Below are positions 39,452 through 50,211 of a stretch of DNA of 64,000 nucleotides, piece after piece. A program made the translations under genes and the position numbers. The notes beneath the pieces are model-generated. The model was not told the origin of the DNA, did no database searches, and saw nothing but the letters and a program-made list of their open reading frames with translations. Every line of letters starts with the position of its first letter. The first letter of the stretch is position 1. This stretch comes from a virus. Where the stretch lies: the IMG/VR virus record IMGVR_UViG_3300008262_003578; one strand, given 5' to 3'.

Positions 39452-42262
39452 ATGATAAACGAAGAAGAAATCAAAACCTTCCTAGAAGGTAATGACCCCG
39501 AGCAATTTATAGTTGCTATTGAGTACGATTATGTGTCGGACTCCATCTACAAAATCAAAGAAGACCCCATTAAAGGTAAGTTAATCCAAAAAGACACATT
39601 CACTGCATTTGCGTGGGTTGGTGATTTACGTGGTTTAAATTTCTATCAATCATCTAAGGCTCTTCAAAAAGAAGGTATGTCCAAACATGGTATTATGATT
39701 GAGAAGTTAAGAACAACTCATGAGGATGGTACATCTAATGAACAATTAGAAAATGGTTTAAAATTTATGGTTAAATCATTAAAAGGATACCGTTCCTTAA
39801 TTCAGTTTTTTCGTGATGGTGGTGTTGACCCATGGGGTGAAAGAACCAAAGATAGAATATCTGTATTACCCCCTGTTGAACAATACCTCATCTCAAAAGA
39901 AAAAAGATTATTCAAAGGGTTTGACGAATATAATGATATCACGAGGTTTGTATTTGACCTTGAGACGACCTCTTTAGAACCAAAAGACGGTCGTATTTTC
40001 ATGATTGGGGTTAAAACAAATAAAGGATTACAAAGAGTTATTGAATGTTCAAACGAAGATGAAGAACGTAGAGGTTTAGTTGAGTTCTTTAGAATAATTG
40101 ATGAGGTTAAACCAACTATTATCGGTGGGTACAACTCCGCAAACTTTGACTGGTATTGGATATTTGAAAGATGTAAAATGTTGAATATAGACATTAAAAA
40201 AATTTGTCATACCCTAAACCCTAAAGCAACCATAAAACAGTCTGAAAACCTTTTAAAATTAGCAAATGAGGTGGAAAGATATAACCAAGTTGGTATGTGG
40301 GGTTATAATGTTGTTGATATCATTCACGCGGTTCGTAGAGCACAAGCAATTAACTCAAGTATTAAGTCCGCAGGTTTGAAGTATATTACCAAGTATATTG
40401 ATGCTGAGGCTAAAGACCGTGTATATATTGACCACTTAGATATCGGTCCATTCTATGCTAAGAAAGAAGAGTTTTGGTTAAACATTGAGAATGGTAACTA
40501 TAGAAAAGTTGGTGTTGACCCAAAGGTTGATGCTATCTGTGAAAAGTATAATAAGGTTTATATTAAAACAACAGGTGATGATTTAGTTGAGCGTTATCTT
40601 GACGATGACCTTGAGGAAACGTTATTGGTGGATGAGGAATTTAACCAAGGAACGTTTCTATTAGCATCCTTAGTACCAACAACATATGAACGAGTTTCAA
40701 CAATGGGTACCGCAACTTTATGGAAAATGATTATGTTAGCGTGGTCATACAAACACAAATTAGCAATCCCCCAAAAACAAGAAAAAGGTGCGTTTGTTGG
40801 TGGTTTATCACGATTATTAAAAACAGGTTATTCTAAGGATGTATTAAAACTTGACTACTCTTCACTATATCCATCTATTCAGTTGGTTCATGATGTGTTC
40901 CCTGAATGTGACGTTATGGGGGCGATGAAAGGAATGTTAGCTTACTTCCGTAACTCTCGTATTATGTATAAAAACTTGGCTAAGGAGTGGGAAAGTAAGG
41001 ATAAGAAAACCTCACTTAAGTTTGACCGAAAACAATTACCGATTAAAATCTTTATCAACTCCCTATTCGGTGCGTTATCCGCTCCACAAGTATTTGCTTG
41101 GGGTGACATGCACAAAGGTGAACAGATTACTTGTACGGGAAGACAATATCTTCGTCAGATGTTAAGATTCTTTATGAAACGAGGTTACACCCCACTAGTG
41201 TGTGATACGGATGGTATGAACTTCTCATTACCTGAAGGTGGTGTTGATGATAGAAAGTATATTGGTAAAGGACTAAATTGGTTAGTTAAAGAGGGTAAAG
41301 AATATACAGGTTACGATGCTGATGTTGCTGAGTTTAATGATTTGTTTATGAGAGGTGCAATGGGACTTGACTGTGACGGTACCTGGAAATCTTGTATCAA
41401 CTTGGCAAGAAAGAATTATGCAACCTTAGAACATAAGGGTAAAATTAAATTAACAGGTAACACAATTAAATCTAAGAAACTACCTCTTTATATTGAGGAG
41501 TATTTGGATAAAGCGGTTAGACTTTTACTTGAGGGTGATGGTAAAGGTTTTGTTGAGTGGTATTATGAATACCTGACTAAAATATTTAATCAGGAGATTC
41601 CACTTATGAAAATCGCTCAACGAGCTAAAGTTAAATTGAGTTTGGATGATTATAATAAAAGAGCAAACCAAAAAACTAAGTCAGGCGGTGCTATGTCACG
41701 CATGGCACATATGGAGTTGGCGATTCAACATAAATTAAATGTGAATCTTGGTGATGTTATTTATTATGTAAATAATGGTACAAAGGCTTCTCAAGGGGAT
41801 GTCCAAAAAGTGGGTAAACCAAAAACGGGATGGAAAGACGCTCACAAAGACATATACCGTAACCAAACAGGTAAAGAACTTTTAGAGACAATGGATGCTA
41901 TGATACAGATTAATTGTTATATGTTAGAAAGTTCTGATATTGAATCGGACCCAAATATGACAGGTGAGTATAATGTACCAAGAGCGATTGCGACATTCAA
42001 CAAACGAATAGAACCCTTACTTATTGTCTTTAAAGATGAGGTTAGAGATGGGTTATTAGTTACTGACCCAGAAGATAGAGGTTTCTTTACAACTGAACAA
42101 TGTGAATTAATTAATGGTAAACCATTTAATGAACAAGACCAAGATACCATTGAGGATTTGTTAACAATAACTGAACAAGAAATGGAATTTTGGGGTAAGG
42201 TAGGAATTCAGCCTGATTATATCTACGAGTTAGCTAGTGAAGGGTACGAAGAGTATGTATAA
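39452..42262 (+). CDS. polB: Family B DNA polymerase with 3'-5' exonuclease
   Basis: DLETT, YNSANFD, LDYSSLYPS, KIFINSLFG, CDTDG; no intein seen. Confidence 0.95.
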   Translation: MINEEEIKTFLEGNDPEQFIVAIEYDYVSDSIYKIKEDPIKGKLIQKDTFTAFAWVGDLRGLNFYQSSKALQKEGMSKHGIMIEKLRTTHEDGTSNEQLENGLKFMVKSLKGYRSLIQFFRDGGVDPWGERTKDRISVLPPVEQYLISKEKRLFKGFDEYNDITRFVFDLETTSLEPKDGRIFMIGVKTNKGLQRVIECSNEDEERRGLVEFFRIIDEVKPTIIGGYNSANFDWYWIFERCKMLNIDIKKICHTLNPKATIKQSENLLKLANEVERYNQVGMWGYNVVDIIHAVRRAQAINSSIKSAGLKYITKYIDAEAKDRVYIDHLDIGPFYAKKEEFWLNIENGNYRKVGVDPKVDAICEKYNKVYIKTTGDDLVERYLDDDLEETLLVDEEFNQGTFLLASLVPTTYERVSTMGTATLWKMIMLAWSYKHKLAIPQKQEKGAFVGGLSRLLKTGYSKDVLKLDYSSLYPSIQLVHDVFPECDVMGAMKGMLAYFRNSRIMYKNLAKEWESKDKKTSLKFDRKQLPIKIFINSLFGALSAPQVFAWGDMHKGEQITCTGRQYLRQMLRFFMKRGYTPLVCDTDGMNFSLPEGGVDDRKYIGKGLNWLVKEGKEYTGYDADVAEFNDLFMRGAMGLDCDGTWKSCINLARKNYATLEHKGKIKLTGNTIKSKKLPLYIEEYLDKAVRLLLEGDGKGFVEWYYEYLTKIFNQEIPLMKIAQRAKVKLSLDDYNKRANQKTKSGGAMSRMAHMELAIQHKLNVNLGDVIYYVNNGTKASQGDVQKVGKPKTGWKDAHKDIYRNQTGKELLETMDAMIQINCYMLESSDIESDPNMTGEYNVPRAIATFNKRIEPLLIVFKDEVRDGLLVTDPEDRGFFTTEQCELINGKPFNEQDQDTIEDLLTITEQEMEFWGKVGIQPDYIYELASEGYEEYV

Positions 42263-42265
42263 TAA

Positions 42266-42288
42266 AAAAGGGACCAAAAGTCCCTTTT
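42266..42288. terminator. Bidirectional terminator between convergent genes
   Basis: AAAAGGGAC-CAAAA-GTCCCTTTT. Confidence 0.75.
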
Positions 42289-42291
42289 ATT

Positions 42292-42651
42292 TTATTCTTG
42301 TTTTAACCCATCACTAGATAATATATACCATATGTTATTGATTGATAATAACTCAACACATGCCCCTTTATCAATAAAAATTTCATCATATTCTTCATCA
42401 ATTTTACCAATCATGGGTATTATAAAAACTTTTGTTAATGCTTTTATCTTTATATGTTTAGTTGTAGATGAATCCAACATAACTCTTGATGAGTTAACCT
42501 CTCTAACAACCAAAATACTTTCTCCTTTGGTTCTATAATCAGTGTTTGAAATAACTTTAATTTCATTATTTTTAGGTGACCTATCATCAATAACTGTTTC
42601 GGTCATATAAAATTTATCACCAATTCTTTTTTTATTTATTAACGTTTTCAT
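42292..42651 (-). CDS. Hypothetical beta-rich protein, probably virion-associated
   Basis: 119-aa ORF directly downstream of the neck gene. Confidence 0.6.
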   Translation of the reverse strand: MKTLINKKRIGDKFYMTETVIDDRSPKNNEIKVISNTDYRTKGESILVVREVNSSRVMLDSSTTKHIKIKALTKVFIIPMIGKIDEEYDEIFIDKGACVELLSINNIWYILSSDGLKQE

Positions 42652-42652
42652 T

Positions 42653-43774
42653 TTATATCACATATATTTGTCTTGGCATTGCTCTGAACTTTAATTGTTT
42701 ATTTAAGTTCTCAGCTAATAATGCCTCACGTTCCATAACCTTTTCAGGTTTCAATCTTGTTAGTCTTCCTTCGGCCCCAATTAATTCCTCAATTAACTTT
42801 GTTTTTTCATCTTTGGCTTCAGTTGACAATGATTGATAATCCATTGTTAATTCAGAATCGGGTGTTTTTAAGTTACCGCTATATTTACCTCTTACTCTTG
42901 AAAGTGTTTCTTTACAATATGCAATAAACCAACGTCTAACCCATTGTTGTGCAGGGTTATTAAGTTCAGTCCAACTCATGTTTTCAAAAGGGACATCTGA
43001 AGGTAATTTGATAATATCAGGATTATCTTTAAGACATTTATCTCTACCACCTTGTGTTGTGTCATAATAATGATACCACACTTTACCTCTCATTAATGTT
43101 GCGTTACCGAAGTCAAATTTACCACCTGGAGTATTCATTAAATTAATTGACTTTTTACCATCAGGTAATGCCGTAATAGTGTAAGTTAGGTCACCAGCGA
43201 TAATTCTTCTTTGTATATTAATTTCTTGCATTCTCAATAACATATCAAATGCTGGCATCATAAAATATGAACCCGAATAACCCATTTGTGAATAACCCGC
43301 AGGTCCACCAAGTCCAGCTCCACCAAGGGCTCCAAATGTCCAAGGGTCAAATAGTAAATTATTTAATTCTGAAGGTGTAAACCATAGTAGTTCATTGATT
43401 TCCCTATTAGCGGGAATTTCATACATTTGTTGATTCGCTTGTAACTGAATGTAGTCTTTTTTTAATTCCCAATCACCACCAGCTTGTAATCCAACTATTT
43501 TAGAATAAGCGTATGTGTACCTCGTTTCATAATCCAAACTCTTAGTAATAAATGCTCGGGATAAAGATTGAGTATCTAAATTAAGATTATATAATGAAGT
43601 CCATTGAGATTCAATTAGCCAATCTTGAACATATTGTGAGTATTCCCCTATAGAGAACTCTAATAATGTGTCCATTTGTTCGTCCTCTAATTCAACTGAA
43701 CGTAATGGGGCTCCCAACAAATGTCTAACTTTTTTGTATAGGGAACTTCTTTCTGGTTCTGGGATAACTGACAT
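42653..43774 (-). CDS. Neck/head-tail adaptor protein (T4 gp13-like)
   Basis: LGAPLRSVELEDEQMD N-terminal motif; LSRVRGKY; TATTTAT upstream. Confidence 0.7.
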   Translation of the reverse strand: MSVIPEPERSSLYKKVRHLLGAPLRSVELEDEQMDTLLEFSIGEYSQYVQDWLIESQWTSLYNLNLDTQSLSRAFITKSLDYETRYTYAYSKIVGLQAGGDWELKKDYIQLQANQQMYEIPANREINELLWFTPSELNNLLFDPWTFGALGGAGLGGPAGYSQMGYSGSYFMMPAFDMLLRMQEINIQRRIIAGDLTYTITALPDGKKSINLMNTPGGKFDFGNATLMRGKVWYHYYDTTQGGRDKCLKDNPDIIKLPSDVPFENMSWTELNNPAQQWVRRWFIAYCKETLSRVRGKYSGNLKTPDSELTMDYQSLSTEAKDEKTKLIEELIGAEGRLTRLKPEKVMEREALLAENLNKQLKFRAMPRQIYVI

Positions 43775-43813
43775 ATATATTTTTTTATATATAAATATCT
43801 AGACGATACTCTT

Positions 43814-44974
43814 TTATCTACAAATTATTTTGTCGGTATCTTTTTTAGGGATGTTTAAAATAATTTTTTTTAAAACATCAGATTCTCTGTCAAATACATA
43901 AGCGGGGATTGAGGTACCTCTAAGGTCAGGATTAATTCTAAATCTAATTGATAATCTTTTTTCATTACACCCTCTTTGACCTAAATTAGACCAATAGAAT
44001 TGAATGTATTTTGACGGTATAATAGTATAATCATCATATATTAAACCGTCCATATTACCTGACAAGTTATCAAGGAAAGTTTCAGCAATTGGTAACTTTT
44101 CAACCCACTTGAATATAGCGTCTATGGTGTGGTTATATATTCCTAAATGAGTTGGTTTAAAAGATGATAAATCGCTTTGTTTAAAAATAGAAAAGAATTC
44201 GGACAAATAACTATCAATGTTAGTATCCATCATTTTTATCTCAAACTTTGACCCCGCACTAAAAAGGATTTCTTCATTACCATTATCATCAATAACATAT
44301 AAAGGTTTTTTAGAAACAACATCAATTTTAGTTGGGTTAGATGATTCTAAAGATTCAACTATACAAGATTTAATATCTTCTAGTAGTTCGGTGAATTCAT
44401 TCTCATCGGAAGTTTGTTTAAGTTTATCTATAATATCAATAAATTTATCGGTACTTTCTTCACCACATTTATAATTTAAACTTAACCCAGTTCGTTTAGG
44501 GTCAAAATATTCACCAACAAAACTGTTTTCGTATTGGGTATATTCGGTCTGACGAACATTTTTAAGTATTTCCTCTAAATCATCAGGTATAATACCCTCT
44601 CTACTTATTTGTTTAAGTTTTCTTTTTAAAGGTACATTTTCCACTTCATTACCATCTATAAATTTTGCAATGGTTTTTAGTATGCTAATAGTTCTATCTT
44701 CATATTGTAATGATAACTCTAAAATCTTAGGTAGTAACCCAACATTTTTATGACCAAAAAATTTGTGTATTGACCTTATAGAATCATTTAATGATTTTTT
44801 AAGTTTGTCGTCTAAAGTATCCCTCAATGATTTTAATCTACACGATGGACTGTTAATGTTTCTTGACGTTTTACATAGTTTAGATAAATAATCACGGGTG
44901 TCCGCATTTGTTACGACTTCACCATCAGATTCAAAAATACGGTTGTACTGACTTTCAGACATTATGAATTTCAT
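43814..44974 (-). CDS. Hypothetical protein with MKFIMSESQY leader
   Basis: 386-aa ORF. Confidence 0.7.
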   Translation of the reverse strand: MKFIMSESQYNRIFESDGEVVTNADTRDYLSKLCKTSRNINSPSCRLKSLRDTLDDKLKKSLNDSIRSIHKFFGHKNVGLLPKILELSLQYEDRTISILKTIAKFIDGNEVENVPLKRKLKQISREGIIPDDLEEILKNVRQTEYTQYENSFVGEYFDPKRTGLSLNYKCGEESTDKFIDIIDKLKQTSDENEFTELLEDIKSCIVESLESSNPTKIDVVSKKPLYVIDDNGNEEILFSAGSKFEIKMMDTNIDSYLSEFFSIFKQSDLSSFKPTHLGIYNHTIDAIFKWVEKLPIAETFLDNLSGNMDGLIYDDYTIIPSKYIQFYWSNLGQRGCNEKRLSIRFRINPDLRGTSIPAYVFDRESDVLKKIILNIPKKDTDKIICR

Positions 44975-44975
44975 A

Positions 44976-46505
44976 TTAATAAATATCCTTTATTAAGTTA
45001 TTGTCAGGTATAACATATTTACCATTAGTTATTTTGACATTTTTATTATCAAAAATCATAATTTTACCACTAGTACTTGCAAAAATTAACCAATCAGTTG
45101 TATATTGTTTTATTTGACCAGTATCATTCATTGTATATTCCCCATTTGATAGGTCAAATGTTTTATATGGTTTTACTTGTGCAGTGAAAATGTTATTATC
45201 AATTTTAACTCTACAATCAATTCCACCGACAGCATCTTCCAAACTACCAAGTTCTCCCACTTTTTCTACATTATCTTCACCATAGATTTCTTTAAGTTTG
45301 GTAACAACCATCTCTTCAGTAGCATCACCAATTTTGTTGGTACTACCTAATGTTGCCATTATGTTTTCAAATGTCGGAGATGAAATTGTAAAAATTCTAA
45401 ATTTAAATTCATTAACAACCTCAATAAGTTTTTTAGATTCGTCTATTTGTTGTTTAACTGACTTACCATCAAATGATATTGTTGGTCTGTTTAATTTTGT
45501 TAATACTTTGTTAATGTCATTTATTAAAACACAGAACACCTCGTAGTTTGTATTAATTTTATTTAATACAGACCTACCAGGTTTTTCTAAATCATAGATA
45601 CCATTCATTTGGTCAACACCATACTCATCTTTTTTATAGTAGTTGTCAGGAAATACATCTGATAATATTTTTTCAATCCCATATCGGTAAATCTTTTTAA
45701 CATACTTGTTGGTGTTAAATATGTCTTTGTATTTAACAACATCGGACCTCTTACACCTATCGGAAACACCCTCAGTAATGATATATTTCATTTTAATATT
45801 CTCATTAATTTTAGTTTGAGTTTTCATCTTCAACAGTTCGTTAACAAATTTCCAATTCACACATTTCCAAAAGTTACGGATATATTCATCTCTTTTATTT
45901 TGGTATTTTAAATAATATGCATGCTCCCATAAATCCAAACCTAATAGAGGGTAACCTCCATTTTTAATAATATTCATCAATGGATTATCTTGGTTTGGTG
46001 TTGAAATGATTTTTAATGTACCTCTTTTAGTTAAGACTAACCAAGCCCATCCTGAACCAAATCTATTTTTAGATATATCCTCAAATTTAGATTTAAATTC
46101 TTTAAAACTGCCAAATGACTGATTTATTTTTTTAAGTATCGGTCCATCACATTGTTGTTCTTTAGGTGATAACATTTTCCAAAACAAAGCGTGATTAAAT
46201 GCTCCACCAGCATTATTTCTAATTGTTTTGTTGTACTTACTGATTTTCTTAATAATATCCTCAAGTTCCACATCACCATATTCTTTTTTGGATAATGCGT
46301 CATTTAATTTTTTAACATATCCTTTATAGTGTTTATTGTAATGGAAATCCATTGTTTCAGCATCAATGAAATTTTTTAAAGCTGAATAGGCGTACGGCAA
46401 TTTCTCAATCCCAATTTTTTTCGCTTCACTAATAAGTGTTCTTTTAGCGGATTGTTTTTTAATATCTTCAGTAAGCAATTTTGCTTTTTCTTCTAACGAT
46501 TTCAT
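44976..46505 (-). CDS. sodA: Mn-type superoxide dismutase fused to a PD-(D/E)XK-like domain
   Basis: HYNKH, NNAGGAFNH, GSGWAWL, NQD, DLWEHAYY; C-domain E...GID...AQVK. Confidence 0.88.
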   Translation of the reverse strand: MKSLEEKAKLLTEDIKKQSAKRTLISEAKKIGIEKLPYAYSALKNFIDAETMDFHYNKHYKGYVKKLNDALSKKEYGDVELEDIIKKISKYNKTIRNNAGGAFNHALFWKMLSPKEQQCDGPILKKINQSFGSFKEFKSKFEDISKNRFGSGWAWLVLTKRGTLKIISTPNQDNPLMNIIKNGGYPLLGLDLWEHAYYLKYQNKRDEYIRNFWKCVNWKFVNELLKMKTQTKINENIKMKYIITEGVSDRCKRSDVVKYKDIFNTNKYVKKIYRYGIEKILSDVFPDNYYKKDEYGVDQMNGIYDLEKPGRSVLNKINTNYEVFCVLINDINKVLTKLNRPTISFDGKSVKQQIDESKKLIEVVNEFKFRIFTISSPTFENIMATLGSTNKIGDATEEMVVTKLKEIYGEDNVEKVGELGSLEDAVGGIDCRVKIDNNIFTAQVKPYKTFDLSNGEYTMNDTGQIKQYTTDWLIFASTSGKIMIFDNKNVKITNGKYVIPDNNLIKDIY

Positions 46506-46547
46506 ATTCTTAATATATTACTATAAATAAGCCGAAACCTCAAAATA

Positions 46548-48317
46548 TCACTTAGAATGTATACGATTCATTATTTCTTGTACAACATCACTCTTATCAA
46601 TATTATCTCCCATTACGGTATCAATCACATTTTTCTTATTTGATAAAATATCATATATTGCTCCCTCAATAGAGTTTTCAAATATAGGATAATAAATTGA
46701 CACACTATTCTTTTGACCGAATCTATAAGCTCGGTCCTCTGCTTGTTGGTGGTCTGATGGAACAAATGATAAGTCATTCATAATACATGCCTCACCAGCG
46801 GTGAGAGTAATTCCGACACCCGCGGCTTTAAGGTTCCCAACAAATACTTTGATTTTATCGTTCTCTTGGAATTGGTCAACGGCATTTTGGCGATGAGGTT
46901 TACTACATGACCCATCTAAATAAACCGCTTGTTTACCAAAGTGTTGATAAATTTTTTGTAGTGTGTCTGTAAAGTTTGTAAATATGATGACCTTTTTATC
47001 TTGGTCAATAATACTTTGAGCTAATTCTATTGTGGTATTTATTTTTTCTTCGGCAATTACTTGTCTAACCTTCATCAACTTACTAAATTGAATCGTTAAT
47101 GATGAAGATTCTTCTTTTTTATTTTCATACCAATTATAATACTCACCCATTAAACCTTCGTAGTTTTTTGATTTGAGTCTTAGATATACTGGTGTGATTA
47201 TCTTGTCAGGTAAATCTAACACATCAGTTTTTAATCTCCTTAAAAATTGTCTTGATGTTCTATCCCTTAATTCCTCTAAGTTGGATGCTCCTGATGTATT
47301 CCATACTTTTCTTTTACCTGCATTAAATTGATACCCCTGACAATATCTAATTGCGTAAGCCATCCAATTCTGAGCAACGGGACTTTCAATTAAGTTTAAT
47401 AAATTATAATAATTCATTGGTCGTGATGTCATTGGTGTTCCCGTTAACAACCAAAGATATTTTGTTTTTGATGCAAAATTATTTACAAGTTTGGTCCTTT
47501 GAGCCTGACCATTTTGAATGTAGTGAGCCTCATCAATGATGATTAGTTCAGGATTAAATTGAGATATTAATGTTTCTTCTTTTGATTTTAATTCGTGGAA
47601 GTTCTTTAGTATATCATAATTAATTATCAGGAAATCATGTTCTAATGAAAAGTTTTTACCTTCAGCAATATAAACACTTCTGTCAGTATAGTTTGCAATT
47701 TCTCTTTGCCAATTTATTTTTAACGATGCAGGACATATAATCAAAACTCTTTTTGCTCCTGTTTCTAAAGCGGCAATAATTGTTGATGTGGTCTTACCTA
47801 ATCCCATATCATCCGCTAAGATAAATCTTTTAGTACCTACCAATTTCTCAATAGATTCTTTCTGATGTGATAATGGGGGTCTATGTTCGTATTTAGAATA
47901 ATCAATCTCAACTTTTTCAGTGGTGTGAGTTTTTATTATGGCACTTTTAGGTAACCAAAAGTCATGAAGTTGTTCAGATTCAAACACCTTACCCCAAATA
48001 TGATAAGCCTTGTCTTTCTCAACCAATAATTTCTCAACCCATATTTTTTCAGGTATGGTTGTATATAGTTTTTCATCAGATATTTTTTTAGCAAAATAAG
48101 GGTCAAGGTCAACCCATTTTTTGGCGACTTTAGGATTAACACCTGAATAGTTTATAATATAATCTGATTGTGAGCGTGTAGGAACAAAGCTCTTATTCGT
48201 TAAGAACTTATTCTTTAAATTTATCAAAAAGTTATTTGACCCTTGATATTCTTCCAATATATTAAGAGCCTTTCTTTCAACAACTTCAAAATTACTTTTT
48301 ATTTCGTTATTTTCCAA
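46548..48317 (-). CDS. SNF2-family (SMARCAL1/HARP-like) helicase, TTG start
   Basis: LADDMGLGKT, DEAH, LLTGTP, GVGITLT, QAEDRAYRFGQ. Confidence 0.93.
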   Translation of the reverse strand: MENNEIKSNFEVVERKALNILEEYQGSNNFLINLKNKFLTNKSFVPTRSQSDYIINYSGVNPKVAKKWVDLDPYFAKKISDEKLYTTIPEKIWVEKLLVEKDKAYHIWGKVFESEQLHDFWLPKSAIIKTHTTEKVEIDYSKYEHRPPLSHQKESIEKLVGTKRFILADDMGLGKTTSTIIAALETGAKRVLIICPASLKINWQREIANYTDRSVYIAEGKNFSLEHDFLIINYDILKNFHELKSKEETLISQFNPELIIIDEAHYIQNGQAQRTKLVNNFASKTKYLWLLTGTPMTSRPMNYYNLLNLIESPVAQNWMAYAIRYCQGYQFNAGKRKVWNTSGASNLEELRDRTSRQFLRRLKTDVLDLPDKIITPVYLRLKSKNYEGLMGEYYNWYENKKEESSSLTIQFSKLMKVRQVIAEEKINTTIELAQSIIDQDKKVIIFTNFTDTLQKIYQHFGKQAVYLDGSCSKPHRQNAVDQFQENDKIKVFVGNLKAAGVGITLTAGEACIMNDLSFVPSDHQQAEDRAYRFGQKNSVSIYYPIFENSIEGAIYDILSNKKNVIDTVMGDNIDKSDVVQEIMNRIHSK

Positions 48318-48366
48318 AACTAAAGTTTAATTATAAATAATAATCATAATTAGGATATTTATCAAT

Positions 48367-48882
48367 ATGTCAGAAAATAAAGTTCCAATAACAAGATTAG
48401 GTAAATTCTTTGGTGCTGAAGATTTTAATTTGGATATCTCTATGGGTGAAGAATGGTTACACGGAGATATGAATTTTACATTGGTATTATATAGAATTGA
48501 CCGTAAAAAAACTGTCACAGATGATGTGTATGGTGAGACTGTTAGTGATGGTATCAAATTTTTACCTCCTATAGAATTTAAAGCATTTGTACAGGTTATG
48601 GCTCCTGAAAATAAAAATGTGGGTAATTCTAAAATAGAACAATTTGAACCTGGTAATATTAGAGTATCGGTTTATCAATCACATTTGGATGAATTAGGTA
48701 TTGATATTGAATTTGGTGATTATATAGCTTATTACGAAACTGAAACACGAGTTAGATATTACACGGTTAATAATGATGGTCGTGTTGTTTCTGACAACAA
48801 ACACACATATGGTGGTTATAAACCATTTTATAAAACTATTATTGCGTCTCCTGTTGGACCAAATGAATTTAACGGATTATAA
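48367..48882 (+). CDS. Probable head-closure/neck protein (T4 gp14-like)
   Basis: Position, size, DDVYGE motif; TATTTAT ends 4 nt before the ATG. Confidence 0.5.
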   Translation: MSENKVPITRLGKFFGAEDFNLDISMGEEWLHGDMNFTLVLYRIDRKKTVTDDVYGETVSDGIKFLPPIEFKAFVQVMAPENKNVGNSKIEQFEPGNIRVSVYQSHLDELGIDIEFGDYIAYYETETRVRYYTVNNDGRVVSDNKHTYGGYKPFYKTIIASPVGPNEFNGL

Positions 48883-48886
48883 TTAA

Positions 48887-49924
48887 ATGGCTTTACCAAA
48901 AAAAATAAAAAAAGACATTCCACTAACTGAACAAAAAACTCTTTTACCGAGAAGACAAGAGTTAGTAGATAAAATTAATAGAGATGGTACTTACCTTCCT
49001 AAATCAATTCTTCATGCAGATTTAGATGGTGGTATGTTAGAGTTTGTTAAGAACGATTTAAAAACTGTCGTCACTGGAAAAGTAATACCAATGATAGATA
49101 TTTTAATTACAACTCAAAATTGGGCTCAATTCGCACAAACTTGGGATATTCAAAACATTGACAAAAATGTGGAACCCCCTTTTATTACTGTAGTTAGAGT
49201 ACCCGAAGTTAAATACGGGACTAACCCATCAACCGTTTATAATATACCAAATAGAAAACAATTTTTTTACGCTCAGGTACCAACTTGGGATGGACAAAGA
49301 AACGGACTTGACATATATAAAATACCTCAACCTGTTCCCGTTGATATAACATTCCAAGTCAAAATAGTTTGTAACAGAATGAGGGAGTTAAATAAATTTA
49401 ATCAAATTGTTATTGAGAAATTTGCCTCAAGACAGGCTTATACTAATATTAAAGGTCATTATATTCCTATAATAATGAACGGAATAACCGACGAATCTGT
49501 AAATGACATTGAGAAAAGAAAATATTATGTCCAAAGTTACGAATTCACAATGTTAGGATTTTTAATTGATGAAGACGAATTTGAAGTTTCTCCCGCAGTG
49601 TCAAGAGTGTTACAAGTCTTAGAGTTGGAACAAAATAAAAGTAAGAAAAGAAAAAAGGAAAATTCAAATCCTGACAATTTATCAACGGTTGCATTATTTG
49701 TGGTTGGTAATAATGTATTGAGTGAGTTATTCAATTACACCGTTGATATTAACATCGGAAATATTTCAAATGTTGAATCTTTTGATGTTTATATTAATGA
49801 CGATTATTATGGTAGTGATTTAAGTTTAATACAAATTAACACTAACGATAGGTTACGAATTGAGATAACTAAAAATGATGACACAAAAGAAGCGACGATA
49901 GAGTTTAATAATAAATTACTTTAA
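48887..49924 (+). CDS. Probable tail terminator (T4 gp15-like)
   Basis: PVPVDITFQVKI...NQIVIEKF resembles the gp15 PVPY motif; upstream of the sheath. Confidence 0.55.
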   Translation: MALPKKIKKDIPLTEQKTLLPRRQELVDKINRDGTYLPKSILHADLDGGMLEFVKNDLKTVVTGKVIPMIDILITTQNWAQFAQTWDIQNIDKNVEPPFITVVRVPEVKYGTNPSTVYNIPNRKQFFYAQVPTWDGQRNGLDIYKIPQPVPVDITFQVKIVCNRMRELNKFNQIVIEKFASRQAYTNIKGHYIPIIMNGITDESVNDIEKRKYYVQSYEFTMLGFLIDEDEFEVSPAVSRVLQVLELEQNKSKKRKKENSNPDNLSTVALFVVGNNVLSELFNYTVDINIGNISNVESFDVYINDDYYGSDLSLIQINTNDRLRIEITKNDDTKEATIEFNNKLL

Positions 49925-50085
49925 TTTTCACCGTAGATATCTTTAGACTCCTTACATTTTTCCATTATAAGTTTCTCAATAAATCTATAAATTTTAATCC
50001 CTCGTTTCTCACAATACTTTTTTAGAGTGTCATGAGCCTCTTTTGAAATCTTTAAATTCTTTATCTCTTTACCTTCATTTTCCAT
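49921..50085 (-). CDS. Small ribbon-helix-helix-like DNA-binding protein (54 aa)
   Basis: Manual translation MENEGKEIKNLKISKEAHDTLKKYCEKRGIKIYRFIEKLIMEKCKESKDIYGEN; own TATTTAT at 50121-50127. Confidence 0.7.
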   Translation of the reverse strand: MENEGKEIKNLKISKEAHDTLKKYCEKRGIKIYRFIEKLIMEKCKESKDIYGEN

Positions 50086-50211
50086 AGTAGAAAAAAGGCA
50101 GAATTTATTCTACCTAATTTATAAATACTTGCCACAAAGTAAAGTACTTTGGTTTTTTTCAGAATATTTATCAATAAAATAAAAATAAATAAATAAAAAA
50201 CCAAAAAAATA

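Noticed and set aside
39452-42262. Intein or intron in the DNA polymerase
   Set aside because: Length and motif spacing are normal; no C...HN splice motifs or homing endonuclease seen
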